Positions 26,161 to 35,556 of a stretch of DNA of 64,000 nt are shown piece after piece. The notes below the pieces were generated by a model. That model made no database searches and was not told the DNA's origin. It saw only the letters and a list, made by a program, of their open reading frames with translations. This stretch comes from an uncultured Enterobacterales bacterium (lineage in GTDB: Bacteria > Myxococcota_A > UBA796 > UBA2385): NCBI GenBank assembly GCA_964464515.1, contig CAYXGP010000001.1, positions 69,984-133,983 of the forward strand. Direction: 5' to 3'. Each line of letters starts with the position of its first letter. Positions within the stretch are counted from its first letter, which is position 1. The position numbers were made by a program, and so were the translations under genes.

Positions 26161-28515
26161 ATGGATCTCCTGAAACTACTTGAGGACCGCTTCGGCTTTG
26201 GCGCCTTTCGCCCAGGTCAGCGGCCCATCTGCGAGGCGGTGGCCCGCGGCGAAGACGCCCTGGTGGTGATGCCCACCGGCGCGGGCAAGTCGCTGTGCTA
26301 CCAGCTCCCTGCGCTGGCGCGCGGCGGGACCACCGTGGTGGTCTCCCCGCTTCTCGCCTTGATGAAAGACCAGGTCGATCAGCTCCAGGCCAGGGGAGTC
26401 CGCGCGACCGCCATCAACTCGGCCATCTCCGCTGGTGAGCGTCGCGAGCGCCTCGCGGGCCTGGAGCGCGGCGAGTGGGAGATGCTCTATGTGGCGCCGG
26501 AGCGCTTCAGCCCCCACTTCATCGAGCGCCTCCAGAGCTGCGACATCCGCCTGCTGGCTATCGATGAGGCCCACTGCCTGAGCCAGTGGGGGCACGACTT
26601 CCGGCCAGACTACCTGCGGCTGGGCGCCGTCCGCCGGACGCTCGGCTCGGTGCCGTGCGTGGCCCTCACCGCCACGGCGACCCCCCGGGTGCAGCGGGAG
26701 ATCGCCAGCGTCCTCGGAATCGACGACGGGCACCGGTTCATCCAGGGCTTCGACCGCCCCAACCTCTCGCTCACGGTCATCGAGACGCAGCGCAACGCCG
26801 AAAAGCTCAGCGCGGTGACCGGCAACCTGGGCGACGGCGTGGCGCTCGTCTACTGCGCCACCCGCAAGAACGTCGAGAAGGTCACCGCCCACCTGCGCGA
26901 GGCCGGGGTACGCGCGGGCTTCTACCACGCCGGCTTGGAGCACCACGAGCGCATCGCGGTGCAGGAGGGGTTCGCGACAGGCCGCATCCCGGTGGTGGTG
27001 GCCACCAACGCCTTCGGCATGGGCATCGACAAGCGCGACGTCCGCACGATCATCCACTACGACCTGCCCGGCACCGTGGAGGCCTACTACCAGGAGATCG
27101 GCCGCGCTGGCCGCGACGGCGAGCCCGCAAACGTGGTGCTCCTGTTTCGCGAGGCCGACCGCCGCACCCAGGAGTTCTTCATCCAGATGTCGCACCCGCC
27201 CGCGACCATCGTGCGCGCGGTCTACGACACCCTGCTGACCTACCGCACCGACCCGGTCTGGATCACCCTGGAGCGACTGGCCCTCGACGCCTCCCTCCGC
27301 GCCGGAGAAGACCTCACCGAGCGCACGGCCGGGAGCTGCGTCTATGTGCTCCAGCGCGAGGGAGCGCTGCGACGCATCTCACCAAACGATCGCTGCGGCC
27401 GCATCACATGGGTGTCTCCTGCGCCGCGACGCCAGCCGGCCGGCCTGCGCCTGAAGGTGCTCCGCCACCTGGAGGGCCTCCGCGTCCCGGGCAGCAGCCA
27501 GCTCAACATCACCCCAGCCGCGATCGCCCGAGACCTCGACATCACCCGCGAGCAGCTCACCGCGGCCCTGCGAGGGCTGGAGGCGCGACGGCACCTGCTC
27601 TACGCCCCCCCCGAGCGCTCCGGAGGGCTCACGCTCCTTCACCCCGATCGCCCCCTCGAGATCGACGAGCAGCGGGTCCTGGAGCGGCGCGCCGTCGAGT
27701 ACCGCAAGCTGTCGAAGATGATGGCCTACGCGGTGGCATCGTGCCGACGGCGGTTCCTGCTCGACTACTTCGGACAGCAGCCCGAGTGGGAGCGCTGCGG
27801 AAACTGCGACGCCTGCCGCTCCGGCAGAACCGACCTCGACGCGCGCGCGCTCACCGACACCGAGGAGCTGGTGGTGCGCAAGCTGCTGGCCACGGTCGCG
27901 CGGATGGGGCGTCCGTTCTCGTCAGGGATGATCGCCAAGGTGGCGGGCGGCTCCCGCGACCGCTCGGTGCTGGCGTTCCGTTTCGAGCGCCTCAGCACCC
28001 ACGGGATCCTGGGCGACTGGTCGGTCCAGAAGATCGAAGCGCTGATCAGCGCGCTGGCCCGGGCCGGCGCGCTGGAGGAGGGGTACACCACCCGCGTGAT
28101 CTCAGGCAAGGAGCGCACCTACAAGGACTACCGCCTGTCCGACAGCGGGGTCCGCCTCATGCGCGAGGGAGCGGCGGCGTTCGCCGACGAGGGGGGGTTT
28201 TTGATGCGCTTCCCGACAGCGGTGAAGACCACCAGAGCTTCCTCCGCCCGACGCTACGGCGGCCCGGACGCAGCGGCTGGAGCCGCGGCCCACCCCGAGC
28301 TGCTCGGGCAGCTCAAGGAGGTCCGCCGACGCCTGGCGAGGGAGGCCGATGTCCCCGCGTATGTCGTGGCCTCCAACCGCACGCTCACCGAGATGGCCGC
28401 GCGCCGCCCCACCGACCGCACCACCATGTTGGCGCTGCACGGCATGGGCCCGCAGCGCTTCCAGCGATATGGTCAGGCCTTCCTGAGCGCGGTGCGCGAG
28501 TGGGCGGAGGGCTGA
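26161..28515 (+). CDS. recQ: RecQ family ATP-dependent DNA helicase with internal helical/wHTH insertion, RQC and HRDC domains
   Basis: PTGAGKSLCYQ, IDEAHCLSQWGHDFRP, ATNAFGMGID, QEIGRAGRDG, CRRRFLLDYFG...CGNCDAC, VPAYVV HRDC. Confidence 0.93.
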   Translation: MDLLKLLEDRFGFGAFRPGQRPICEAVARGEDALVVMPTGAGKSLCYQLPALARGGTTVVVSPLLALMKDQVDQLQARGVRATAINSAISAGERRERLAGLERGEWEMLYVAPERFSPHFIERLQSCDIRLLAIDEAHCLSQWGHDFRPDYLRLGAVRRTLGSVPCVALTATATPRVQREIASVLGIDDGHRFIQGFDRPNLSLTVIETQRNAEKLSAVTGNLGDGVALVYCATRKNVEKVTAHLREAGVRAGFYHAGLEHHERIAVQEGFATGRIPVVVATNAFGMGIDKRDVRTIIHYDLPGTVEAYYQEIGRAGRDGEPANVVLLFREADRRTQEFFIQMSHPPATIVRAVYDTLLTYRTDPVWITLERLALDASLRAGEDLTERTAGSCVYVLQREGALRRISPNDRCGRITWVSPAPRRQPAGLRLKVLRHLEGLRVPGSSQLNITPAAIARDLDITREQLTAALRGLEARRHLLYAPPERSGGLTLLHPDRPLEIDEQRVLERRAVEYRKLSKMMAYAVASCRRRFLLDYFGQQPEWERCGNCDACRSGRTDLDARALTDTEELVVRKLLATVARMGRPFSSGMIAKVAGGSRDRSVLAFRFERLSTHGILGDWSVQKIEALISALARAGALEEGYTTRVISGKERTYKDYRLSDSGVRLMREGAAAFADEGGFLMRFPTAVKTTRASSARRYGGPDAAAGAAAHPELLGQLKEVRRRLAREADVPAYVVASNRTLTEMAARRPTDRTTMLALHGMGPQRFQRYGQAFLSAVREWAEG

Positions 28516-28518
28516 CCC

Positions 28519-29319
28519 GTGACCGCGGTGGATGATCCGAGACCCCGCGGGGCTGGTGCACAGCAGACAGGCATGTTGGGAGCGGGCACGTTGGAGACGG
28601 GCGCGTTGGGGACGGGCGCGTTGGTGATCCACCCTACGTACAACGAGCGAGAGAACCTCCCCGGCGTCACCGCCGCCGTGCTCGCGGAGCTACCGGGAGC
28701 GCACATCCTGGTGGTCGACGACCACAGCCCGGATGGCACCGGAGAGATCGCCGACGCCCTCGCCGCCGCCGATCCCCGCATCCATGTACTGCACCGGGAA
28801 GGCCCCCGAGGGCTGGGCCCCGCCTACCTGGCCGGCTTCGCCTGGGCGCTGGAGCACGACTACGCGTTCATCTTCGAGATGGACGCAGACTTCTCGCACC
28901 AGCCGCGCCACCTCCCGCAGCTCCTGGCCGCGGCGCAGAGCTGGGATCTCGTGCTCGGCTGTCGCTACATGCCCGGCGGCGGGGTCGAGGGCTGGGGAAT
29001 GCACCGTCGCCTGCTCAGCCGAGGAGGCAACCTCTACGCTCGGCTGGTCCTCGGGCTCCCCCACCGCGACCTGACCGGTGGGTTCAAGTGCTTCCGCCGA
29101 GCAGTGCTGGCCGGGCTCGATCTGGGCGCCGTCCAGGCCGCCGGGTACGGGTTTCAGATCGAGCTGACGTGGCGCGCGCTCCAAGCCGGCTTCTCGGTGG
29201 GCGAGGTGCCGATCGTCTTCCCCGATCGCACCGCCGGACGCTCGAAGATGAACCTGAGCATCTTTGGAGAGGCGCTGGTGGGCGTGTGGCGCCTGCGCCG
29301 CTCCACACATGCGCGGTAG
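28519..29319 (+). CDS. Polyprenol monophosphomannose synthase-like GT2 glycosyltransferase
   Basis: PTYNE, VVDDHSPDGT, EMDADFSH, DLTGGFK, EVPIVFPDR...SKM; start could be ATG 28573. Confidence 0.9.
   Translation: MTAVDDPRPRGAGAQQTGMLGAGTLETGALGTGALVIHPTYNERENLPGVTAAVLAELPGAHILVVDDHSPDGTGEIADALAAADPRIHVLHREGPRGLGPAYLAGFAWALEHDYAFIFEMDADFSHQPRHLPQLLAAAQSWDLVLGCRYMPGGGVEGWGMHRRLLSRGGNLYARLVLGLPHRDLTGGFKCFRRAVLAGLDLGAVQAAGYGFQIELTWRALQAGFSVGEVPIVFPDRTAGRSKMNLSIFGEALVGVWRLRRSTHAR
28570..28624. repeat. Four imperfect 15-bp tandem copies in the GT2 5-prime end
   Basis: GGCATGTTGG 28570, GGCACGTTGG 28585, GGCGCGTTGG 28600, GGCGCGTTGG 28615; encodes GMLGA-GTLET-GALGT-GALVI. Confidence 0.85.
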
Positions 29320-29328
29320 GATCGGGAC

Positions 29329-30189
29329 ATGTCCACCGCCCGCCAACCCATCGAGGTCGACGCCCCCGAAGTCCCCACCGCACCCGGGGAGGCCGAGTGG
29401 CGCGCCCTCTCGCCGTCTGAGAGGGAGGCGTTCCTCGACGACTCCCTGGCCGCCCTCCAGAGAGAAGCGGAGCTCATGGCCGAGGGCAACCCCCACATCC
29501 GGGCAAAATTCCGGATCCGAATCATGCTGGAGGACTTCTTCTCACGCATCGGGCGGCGGATCTACCTGGGCACCGAGCTACCGGTGCACTACCCCGGCGA
29601 GCGGGTCTTCGCGCCGGACTTCCTCGCGGTGCTCGACGTCGAGGACCCGGGCCACGACGACCAACGGATGGCCTGGGTGGTGGTCGACGAGGGGCGCGGG
29701 CTCGACCTGGTGATCGAGATCCTCCATCGCGGCGATCCGCACAAGGATCTGGTCCACAACGTCCTGACCTACGCCCGCATGGGGATCCCCGAGTACTTCG
29801 TCTACGACCGACGCAAAGATCGCATCAGCGGCTTCCGGCTCCCCGCCTCGGGGGCGGCGCGCTACGAGCCCATTCCCTCCCACGGCGGCACCCTGTCTTC
29901 ACGGGTGCTTGGTCTCGATCTGGCGATCAGCGGCGGCAGGCTGCACTTCTACTACGGCGGCGCGCGTGTACCTGAGACCCGAGAGCTCCTGGCCCGCGCG
30001 CAGCGGCTCATCGATGAGGTTCAGGACCGCGTCGAGGAGGAGACCCGCCGCGCCGAGGAACAGCACCGCCGCGCCGAGGAGGAGCTCGCTGCGCGGGTGC
30101 GGGCCGAGCAGCGGGCAGACGCCGAGGCTGAGACACGCAGAGCGCTGGAGCAGCAGATCGCCGAACTTCGGGCGCAGCTCGAGAAGTAG
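29329..30189 (+). CDS. Uma2 family (DUF820) endonuclease-like protein with C-terminal coiled coil
   Basis: APDFLAV, LVIEIL, GIPEYFVYD; E/R/A-rich coiled tail. Confidence 0.88.
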   Translation: MSTARQPIEVDAPEVPTAPGEAEWRALSPSEREAFLDDSLAALQREAELMAEGNPHIRAKFRIRIMLEDFFSRIGRRIYLGTELPVHYPGERVFAPDFLAVLDVEDPGHDDQRMAWVVVDEGRGLDLVIEILHRGDPHKDLVHNVLTYARMGIPEYFVYDRRKDRISGFRLPASGAARYEPIPSHGGTLSSRVLGLDLAISGGRLHFYYGGARVPETRELLARAQRLIDEVQDRVEEETRRAEEQHRRAEEELAARVRAEQRADAEAETRRALEQQIAELRAQLEK

Positions 30190-30198
30190 CCTGCGGGC

Positions 30199-31932
30199 TC
30201 ACGGTGCGAGCAGCTTCGGCACCTTTCCCTGAGTGACGAACGCCACAGCTTCCAGAGCGCCCCGGTGGGTCCACCTCTGGCGCAGCGGAGAGGCCAGCAG
30301 CCGTACCACGGCCAGCACCGGCCGGGGATCGCCCATCGAAGCGACCTCGTCGAAAGCCGCGACCGTGTTCTTCATCACATGTGCAGAGACAATGGGAACC
30401 GAGAACGCGTCGGTGATCGACAGGTCCATCAGCGCGTCCCGGAGCGCATCGGCGCCGCCGGCAGCCAGCAGCGCCCGCGCCGCTCCCACCGCCCGCGGGG
30501 CGTCCGCGTCACCGACGGCGGCCAGAACATCATCGAGCTCCCCCTGAGACAGTGCTTCGGGCGGGCGAGCCTCGGGCCGCAGGTCCAACACGCGATGGTG
30601 GTTGATGAAGCGCGCGCCGAACAGCAACATCCGCAACACACCCGGCTCGGTGTACCGCTCCACCGCCGACCGCACCGCGTTCATGTACGTCTGGATGTGG
30701 GTGACGCTCAGCCAGTTGTCCTGGCAGTCCGTCCGCGTGTCGATGTCCGGATCAAACCGAAGCATCCGCTCCGCGGCGGCCACGCTCAGCACATCGACCA
30801 GCGCTTCCAGCGGAGCGCCCGCCTCCAGCGCCCCGATCAACGCCTTCAGCGCCGCGCGCTGCGTGCCGTCCAGCAGTGCCGCGAGCAGAGTGTCCCCGTC
30901 GTCCCAGTCCGAGTTGGTCCCTGCACGGGCATGGAGCTCGGGCAGGTCCAGCGCATCCACCGTCGTCCGGAAGCCCCGCCAGGCCGGCAGCACATCCTCC
31001 CGCGTACCGCAGACGATGCCGTACAGGTGACCACACAAGATCGCCTCGGCGTCGTCCCAGCCAGCCTCTTCCAGCAGATCGAACACCTTGATCTGGTAGA
31101 TGAGCCGGTGGCCGAAGCTCAGGAAGTGGTCGGCGCACAGCGGGAAGAACCACGGCTCCAGCTCCGCCCGGCCCCACCCACGGGACAGCGCTCCCCGTAG
31201 AATCGCCTCAGCGCCGGGACCATCCTCGGCCTCCACGCGACGCCGCAGCTCCGCGCCCGCCGCCGCCGAATCGGCGCCCGGGTCTTCGGGGGTCGCCAGC
31301 GCGCGGATCGGTCGGCGCTGGCAGCCACGGATGGCGAGGTCGATGCCCTGCGCCAGCGGGATCGCGAAGCTGGGTCCGGGGTAGCGGTCCTGCCAGCGCA
31401 GCAGGTCGGCGGCGACCGCCACCGTGTGGTTGACGCCCCACTCAGCGCGCGCGCCGTCGAACGCGGCGACGATCGACGCCAGCCGCGCCGCCGGAACCCC
31501 CGTGCTCAGCAGACGGGTCGCGTCGCGTATGGCCTGTCCCTGCCGTCCGCGGACGAGGGCTTCGTCCAGGCTCGCCTGGTGCTTGGAGATGGCCAACGCG
31601 GAATCGAGCGGGCTCAAATCCAGCTCGACATGTCCAGCGGTGACACGGACCGGGAAGGTGCGGACCGCCTCCCCGCCCTTCGTACAGGCGCCGTCCCGAA
31701 GGTCGAACTTCCAGTTGTGCCAGCAGCAGGTGAGCGTGCAGCCCTGTCGCGCGCCCTGCGCCAGGGGGTAGCCCTCGTGCGGGCAGCGGTTGTCGATCGC
31801 GAACAGCTCGCCTTCGCTCACGCGGAACACCGCCACCTGCTGCGCGCCGCGCTTGACGGTGCGCACGCCGCCGGACGGCAGCTCGGTGAGGGGAAAGACG
31901 GTCTCCCAGCGGGGGGTATCGGATGCGTTCAT
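30199..31932 (-). CDS. Rieske (2Fe-2S) protein with large His-containing helical C-terminal region
   Basis: NRCPHEG...CCWHNWKFDL; own RBS (GGAG) and ATG at 31932 inside the 964-aa track ORF. Confidence 0.85.
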   Translation of the reverse strand: MNASDTPRWETVFPLTELPSGGVRTVKRGAQQVAVFRVSEGELFAIDNRCPHEGYPLAQGARQGCTLTCCWHNWKFDLRDGACTKGGEAVRTFPVRVTAGHVELDLSPLDSALAISKHQASLDEALVRGRQGQAIRDATRLLSTGVPAARLASIVAAFDGARAEWGVNHTVAVAADLLRWQDRYPGPSFAIPLAQGIDLAIRGCQRRPIRALATPEDPGADSAAAGAELRRRVEAEDGPGAEAILRGALSRGWGRAELEPWFFPLCADHFLSFGHRLIYQIKVFDLLEEAGWDDAEAILCGHLYGIVCGTREDVLPAWRGFRTTVDALDLPELHARAGTNSDWDDGDTLLAALLDGTQRAALKALIGALEAGAPLEALVDVLSVAAAERMLRFDPDIDTRTDCQDNWLSVTHIQTYMNAVRSAVERYTEPGVLRMLLFGARFINHHRVLDLRPEARPPEALSQGELDDVLAAVGDADAPRAVGAARALLAAGGADALRDALMDLSITDAFSVPIVSAHVMKNTVAAFDEVASMGDPRPVLAVVRLLASPLRQRWTHRGALEAVAFVTQGKVPKLLAP

Positions 31933-31970
31933 GGGTGGCTCCTCGGGTTTCGGGTACCCCCTCTTCACCG

Positions 31971-33018
31971 CTAGATGGCCCGGAGGGACGGCGGATGACC
32001 ACTCCCTTGGAGGATTGACCGGATGAGGGACAACCGACGGGGGAGCTCCACCACGATCACCCCGGGCGTCTCTGGCCGGTGCCAGCGCAGCAGGCGCCCG
32101 TTTCGATCGCTGATCCGGCTCTCCCCCTCGGCGGTGCTCCCCCGAGCCGGAGAGGGTCGCCAGCCAGCCGACCTGGGTGGCGAACAGATCGAGCGTCGCA
32201 TCGCCCACCCGGTGGGATCTCCGCGACGGCAGCGCCTCCCCGCCGTCGAGCACCACCGGCTCCCCGTCCGTCGAGGCGTGGACGACCACCGGAGCCGTCA
32301 CCGACGATTCGGTTACCCCCCGGGGTAGCGCTGGTCGCGGGACGACCACCACGTCCGCTGTGACGTCATCCAGTGGAGGCACCTCCCCGGGCCCGAGCCC
32401 GCCGACCACTGCCACACGCAGCCCGCGGTCGTCGCTCAGGACGTGGTGCCACGGAGCGGCGAGCAGCAGCAGGCCCACCCCGGCGGTCGCCAGCCCCGCG
32501 GCCGCACCACGCACACCGAGGAGCCCACCCGCCGCGGCGCCCGCCTGGAGCGCGAACATCCCCAGCACCAGACCGGGGGTTCCCAGGGCGTCGGTGGCCT
32601 CAGGGAACACCCCCGCCAGCGGCGCGCCGAGGCTCTGCGCAGCCCCCCCCGGACGCCACAGCCCGCTGCCCAGAACATCCACCGCCACGAACAGCGCCGT
32701 CGTCACCAGCGCCCGCCGGAGCGGCCCGGCCGCCAGCGCGACCGCCGCCGGGAGCACCAGGCCCAGCTCGCCGAGCAGCCAGAGCGGAGCCGGATCGAAG
32801 TCGCCGAGAAGCACCAGGACGACGCCCATCCCCGCCGCGGTCCACGCGCACAGCTCAGCGGCGCGACGCGGCCGGCACTCCGGCGAGAGGACCCTCCACA
32901 GCAGCGGCAGCCAGCACCACAGCAGCACCTCGGCGACCCCCATGCGTGGCTGCGCGAAAGCCAGCATCCCGCCGGTGATCAGGGCGCAGATCGCGCCGAC
33001 CCTCTGTCCGACCACCAC
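31971..33018 (-). pseudogene. Frameshifted, degenerate apolipoprotein N-acyltransferase / nitrilase-fold membrane protein
   Basis: Lnt-like TM region (LAFAQP...LPLLW), LRVAVV and DVVVVP in one frame; GESRISDRNGRLL...GVIVVELP in the +1 frame ending at TAG 31971; C5 run at 32139-32143; length 1048 = 349 codons + 1. Confidence 0.7.
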
Positions 33019-33055
33019 GCGCGCCCCCGAGGTTCCAGTCGCGAGGATAGCGGAT

Positions 33056-33748
33056 GTGGTGACCACGCCCCCTCCCGCAGCCCCCCCTCCCACATCAGAG
33101 TCGGAGCTGCTCGCCCGCGCGGAGCGGCTGGCCGGGCGCCCGCTCCGATGGATCGCCGAGCGACAGGGTGTCGCCGTCCCGCCAGATCAGCGACGGCACA
33201 AAGGGTGGATCGGGCAGCTCTTCGAGCAGACCCTGGGCGCCAGCGCCGGCTCGGCGGCCCTCCCCGACTTTCCCCACCTGGGCGTCGAGATGAAGACCCT
33301 CCCGGTGGACGCCCGCGGGCGCCCCCGCGAGTCCACCTACGTGTGCACCGCGCCGCTGGACGGCTCGCTCGCGCAGACGTGGTCGGAGGCCTGGGTCCGC
33401 CGCAAGCTGTCGCGGGTGCTGTGGGTCCCCATCGTCGGAGACGCGCGGGTACCGCTGGGTGATCGCATCGCTGGCGCGCCGCTCTTGTGGAGCCCCACGC
33501 CCGATCAGGAGGCCGCGCTCCGCGCGGACTGGGAGGAGCTCACCGAGCCCCTGCTGCGCGGGGAGTACTGGCTGATCAGCGCCCGGATGGGGCAGTCCCT
33601 CCAGCTCCGCCCGAAGGCCGCGAACGCGCAGCAGACCACCTGGGCAGTCGACGACGACGGCGAGTGGATCCGCGTAAACCCGATGGGTTTCTACCTGCGG
33701 GCGCGCTTCACGCGGGATCTGCTGGCGCGGCACTTCGCGCTCGGTTGA
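33056..33748 (+). CDS. mutH: DNA mismatch repair endonuclease MutH
   Basis: KGWIGQLFE, PDFPHLGVEMKT (PD..ExK), ESTYVC, LQLRPKAAN, GFYLR. Confidence 0.9.
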   Translation: MVTTPPPAAPPPTSESELLARAERLAGRPLRWIAERQGVAVPPDQRRHKGWIGQLFEQTLGASAGSAALPDFPHLGVEMKTLPVDARGRPRESTYVCTAPLDGSLAQTWSEAWVRRKLSRVLWVPIVGDARVPLGDRIAGAPLLWSPTPDQEAALRADWEELTEPLLRGEYWLISARMGQSLQLRPKAANAQQTTWAVDDDGEWIRVNPMGFYLRARFTRDLLARHFALG

Positions 33749-35033
33749 CCCGGGTGTTGACGGGGTAGGCCGCGAGCGCCTGCTCCAGCGCCCGCGCGAG
33801 GGCATCGCCGTCGCCGGTCGATGAGCACCCGAGGGCAGAGAGGCAGGCGTCCTCCAGGGGCTGCTCCGTGACGAGGATCTCCGCGACCGCCGGGGCCCTC
33901 TGAGGGTCCGCACCTATCTGCTGCTCCAGGAGGAACCCCAGCACGTACGGGAGGATGGTGCTCTCCGCGACGGGTCCGAACAGCTGCGGCTGCAGCGCCC
34001 AGCCCTCTGCGAAGGGGTCCGTCAGGGTCGGTCCCATCCACCTTCGGCGCACCTCGGCCGTCAGCTCGCACAGCTCCGCGGTCGTCCATCCCGGCCCGCG
34101 CGCGAGCAGCGCCTGCTCCAGCTCCAGCGCCGCGGGCATCTCCAGCAGGTAGCGCGCAGCGGCGCGCAGCAGCAGCCCCGGCTGATCCGACGTCCGACGC
34201 TCCAGCTCCCTGCGGGTGAGCCCCTCGACGAGCAGCGACGGCACCTCCACCTGCGCAGGCCGCGGCGGCCCGGCTCCGACGGCGCGGCGTAGCAGGAAGC
34301 CGTGGCCGTGCCCCAGCTCATGGGCCAGCGCGAGGACGGTCGGCAGCGACCCGTCGAAGCGCACCAGCGCCCGAAACTCCCCCACCGAGGGCAGCCCACA
34401 GCACAGACTCCTGCCAGCGCCAGGGGGAGTGCTGGCGTCGATCCAGCCGCGGGCGAGCGCCTGGCGCAGCACCCGCGCCATCTGTGGGTCGAAGCGCGTG
34501 ACCGCCGAGACCACGAGCTGTTGCGCCAGGCTCCAGCTCCATCGGCGCGGGGGCGCGTCGGGCGGGGGGCCGTCCAGCCATGAGAACTCTCCGCGTCGGG
34601 CGAGGTACCGCCACAGCACCTCCCGAGCGCCTCTACAGACCTCCAGGCAGCGCGCCAGGATCTGCTCTTCTCGAGCAAGCGCAGCCTTCACAGGTGCGCG
34701 GGCCGCGAGCACCCGATCGAGCAGCGCCGCGGCCTCGGAGAGGTGCGCGCGCACCTGTCGCGGCTCGGACAGCCCGGAGACCAGACGACGGTGGCTCCGC
34801 GCGCAGTCCATCAGCTCCGTCACAGGCACGCGCGACAGAGCAGAGGCCGCGGCAACGCCGGGAGCGGCGCCGTACCGCTCGTGCCACAGACCAGCGAAGG
34901 CCACCAGATCTGCGATCTCCTCGTCGGCCTCCCCGCGCTGCGCGGCCGCCAGCCGCGCGGTGAACGCGGCCCCGCCGATCCCCCCCGGGTAGACCGACTC
35001 CAGCGACCACGACCGGGATCCGCGGTAGGGCAA
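33708..35033 (-). CDS. Short M3 family oligoendopeptidase (PepF-like)
   Basis: WSLESVYPGG N-terminus, GWID, LAHELGHG, EVPSLLVE, PYVLGFL. Confidence 0.75.
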   Translation of the reverse strand: MPYRGSRSWSLESVYPGGIGGAAFTARLAAAQRGEADEEIADLVAFAGLWHERYGAAPGVAAASALSRVPVTELMDCARSHRRLVSGLSEPRQVRAHLSEAAALLDRVLAARAPVKAALAREEQILARCLEVCRGAREVLWRYLARRGEFSWLDGPPPDAPPRRWSWSLAQQLVVSAVTRFDPQMARVLRQALARGWIDASTPPGAGRSLCCGLPSVGEFRALVRFDGSLPTVLALAHELGHGHGFLLRRAVGAGPPRPAQVEVPSLLVEGLTRRELERRTSDQPGLLLRAAARYLLEMPAALELEQALLARGPGWTTAELCELTAEVRRRWMGPTLTDPFAEGWALQPQLFGPVAESTILPYVLGFLLEQQIGADPQRAPAVAEILVTEQPLEDACLSALGCSSTGDGDALARALEQALAAYPVNTRVNRARSAAPADPA

Positions 35034-35082
35034 CCATCCCCCAACATGGTCAGGGTACTATCGCCCTCTCCCCGGAGCGCCG

Positions 35083-35547
35083 ATGCCCGCCCTCACCCCC
35101 GCACACCTTCAGCACCTGATCTCATTTCTCAGCGGCCAGGATCTCGCCGATCCGAGCGCGTTGCAGGCGGCTCTGACGGAGCGCTTTCCGGTGTCCGGCC
35201 CCGACGTGCAGGCGATCGCAGCCCGGATGCGCGCTGGGGTGGAGTCCGGCGCGCTGTGCGATCGCGGGAAGATGCCGGTGAAGTGGTCGCGGGTCTTCCG
35301 CGCCAGCGAAGAGAGCGGGGGCTGGAGCGCCGACGCAGTGCTGATGAACGGCACGGGCCCGCGGCACCGGCACCCCGCAGGAGAGATCGATCTCTGCCTG
35401 GCCGAAGGGGGCGATCCCTGGTTCGACGGGCACCCCGAGGGGTGGGTTGTCTACGGGCCCGACTCGGAGCACGTGCCCACCGTGAGCGGCGGCACGATGC
35501 TCATCCTCTACCTGCTGCCGGGCGGCGCGATCGAATTCCAGCGCTGA
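35083..35547 (+). CDS. DUF4863 / 4-hydroxylaminobenzoate lyase-like protein
   Basis: HRHPAGEIDL, FDGHPEGWVVYGPDSEHVPTV, LYLLPGGAIEF. Confidence 0.85.
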   Translation: MPALTPAHLQHLISFLSGQDLADPSALQAALTERFPVSGPDVQAIAARMRAGVESGALCDRGKMPVKWSRVFRASEESGGWSADAVLMNGTGPRHRHPAGEIDLCLAEGGDPWFDGHPEGWVVYGPDSEHVPTVSGGTMLILYLLPGGAIEFQR

Positions 35548-35556
35548 GCGCGACGA

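Noticed and set aside
29329-30189. Uma2 gene as a mobile element or defence system
   Set aside because: No flanking repeats, integrase or partner methyltransferase; such genes are commonly scattered in these genomes.
30199-33093. Single 964-aa membrane-Rieske fusion as the default gene model
   Set aside because: The Rieske part has its own RBS and ATG at 31932, and the upstream gene's natural nitrilase-like C-terminus lies in another frame; better explained by a frameshift.
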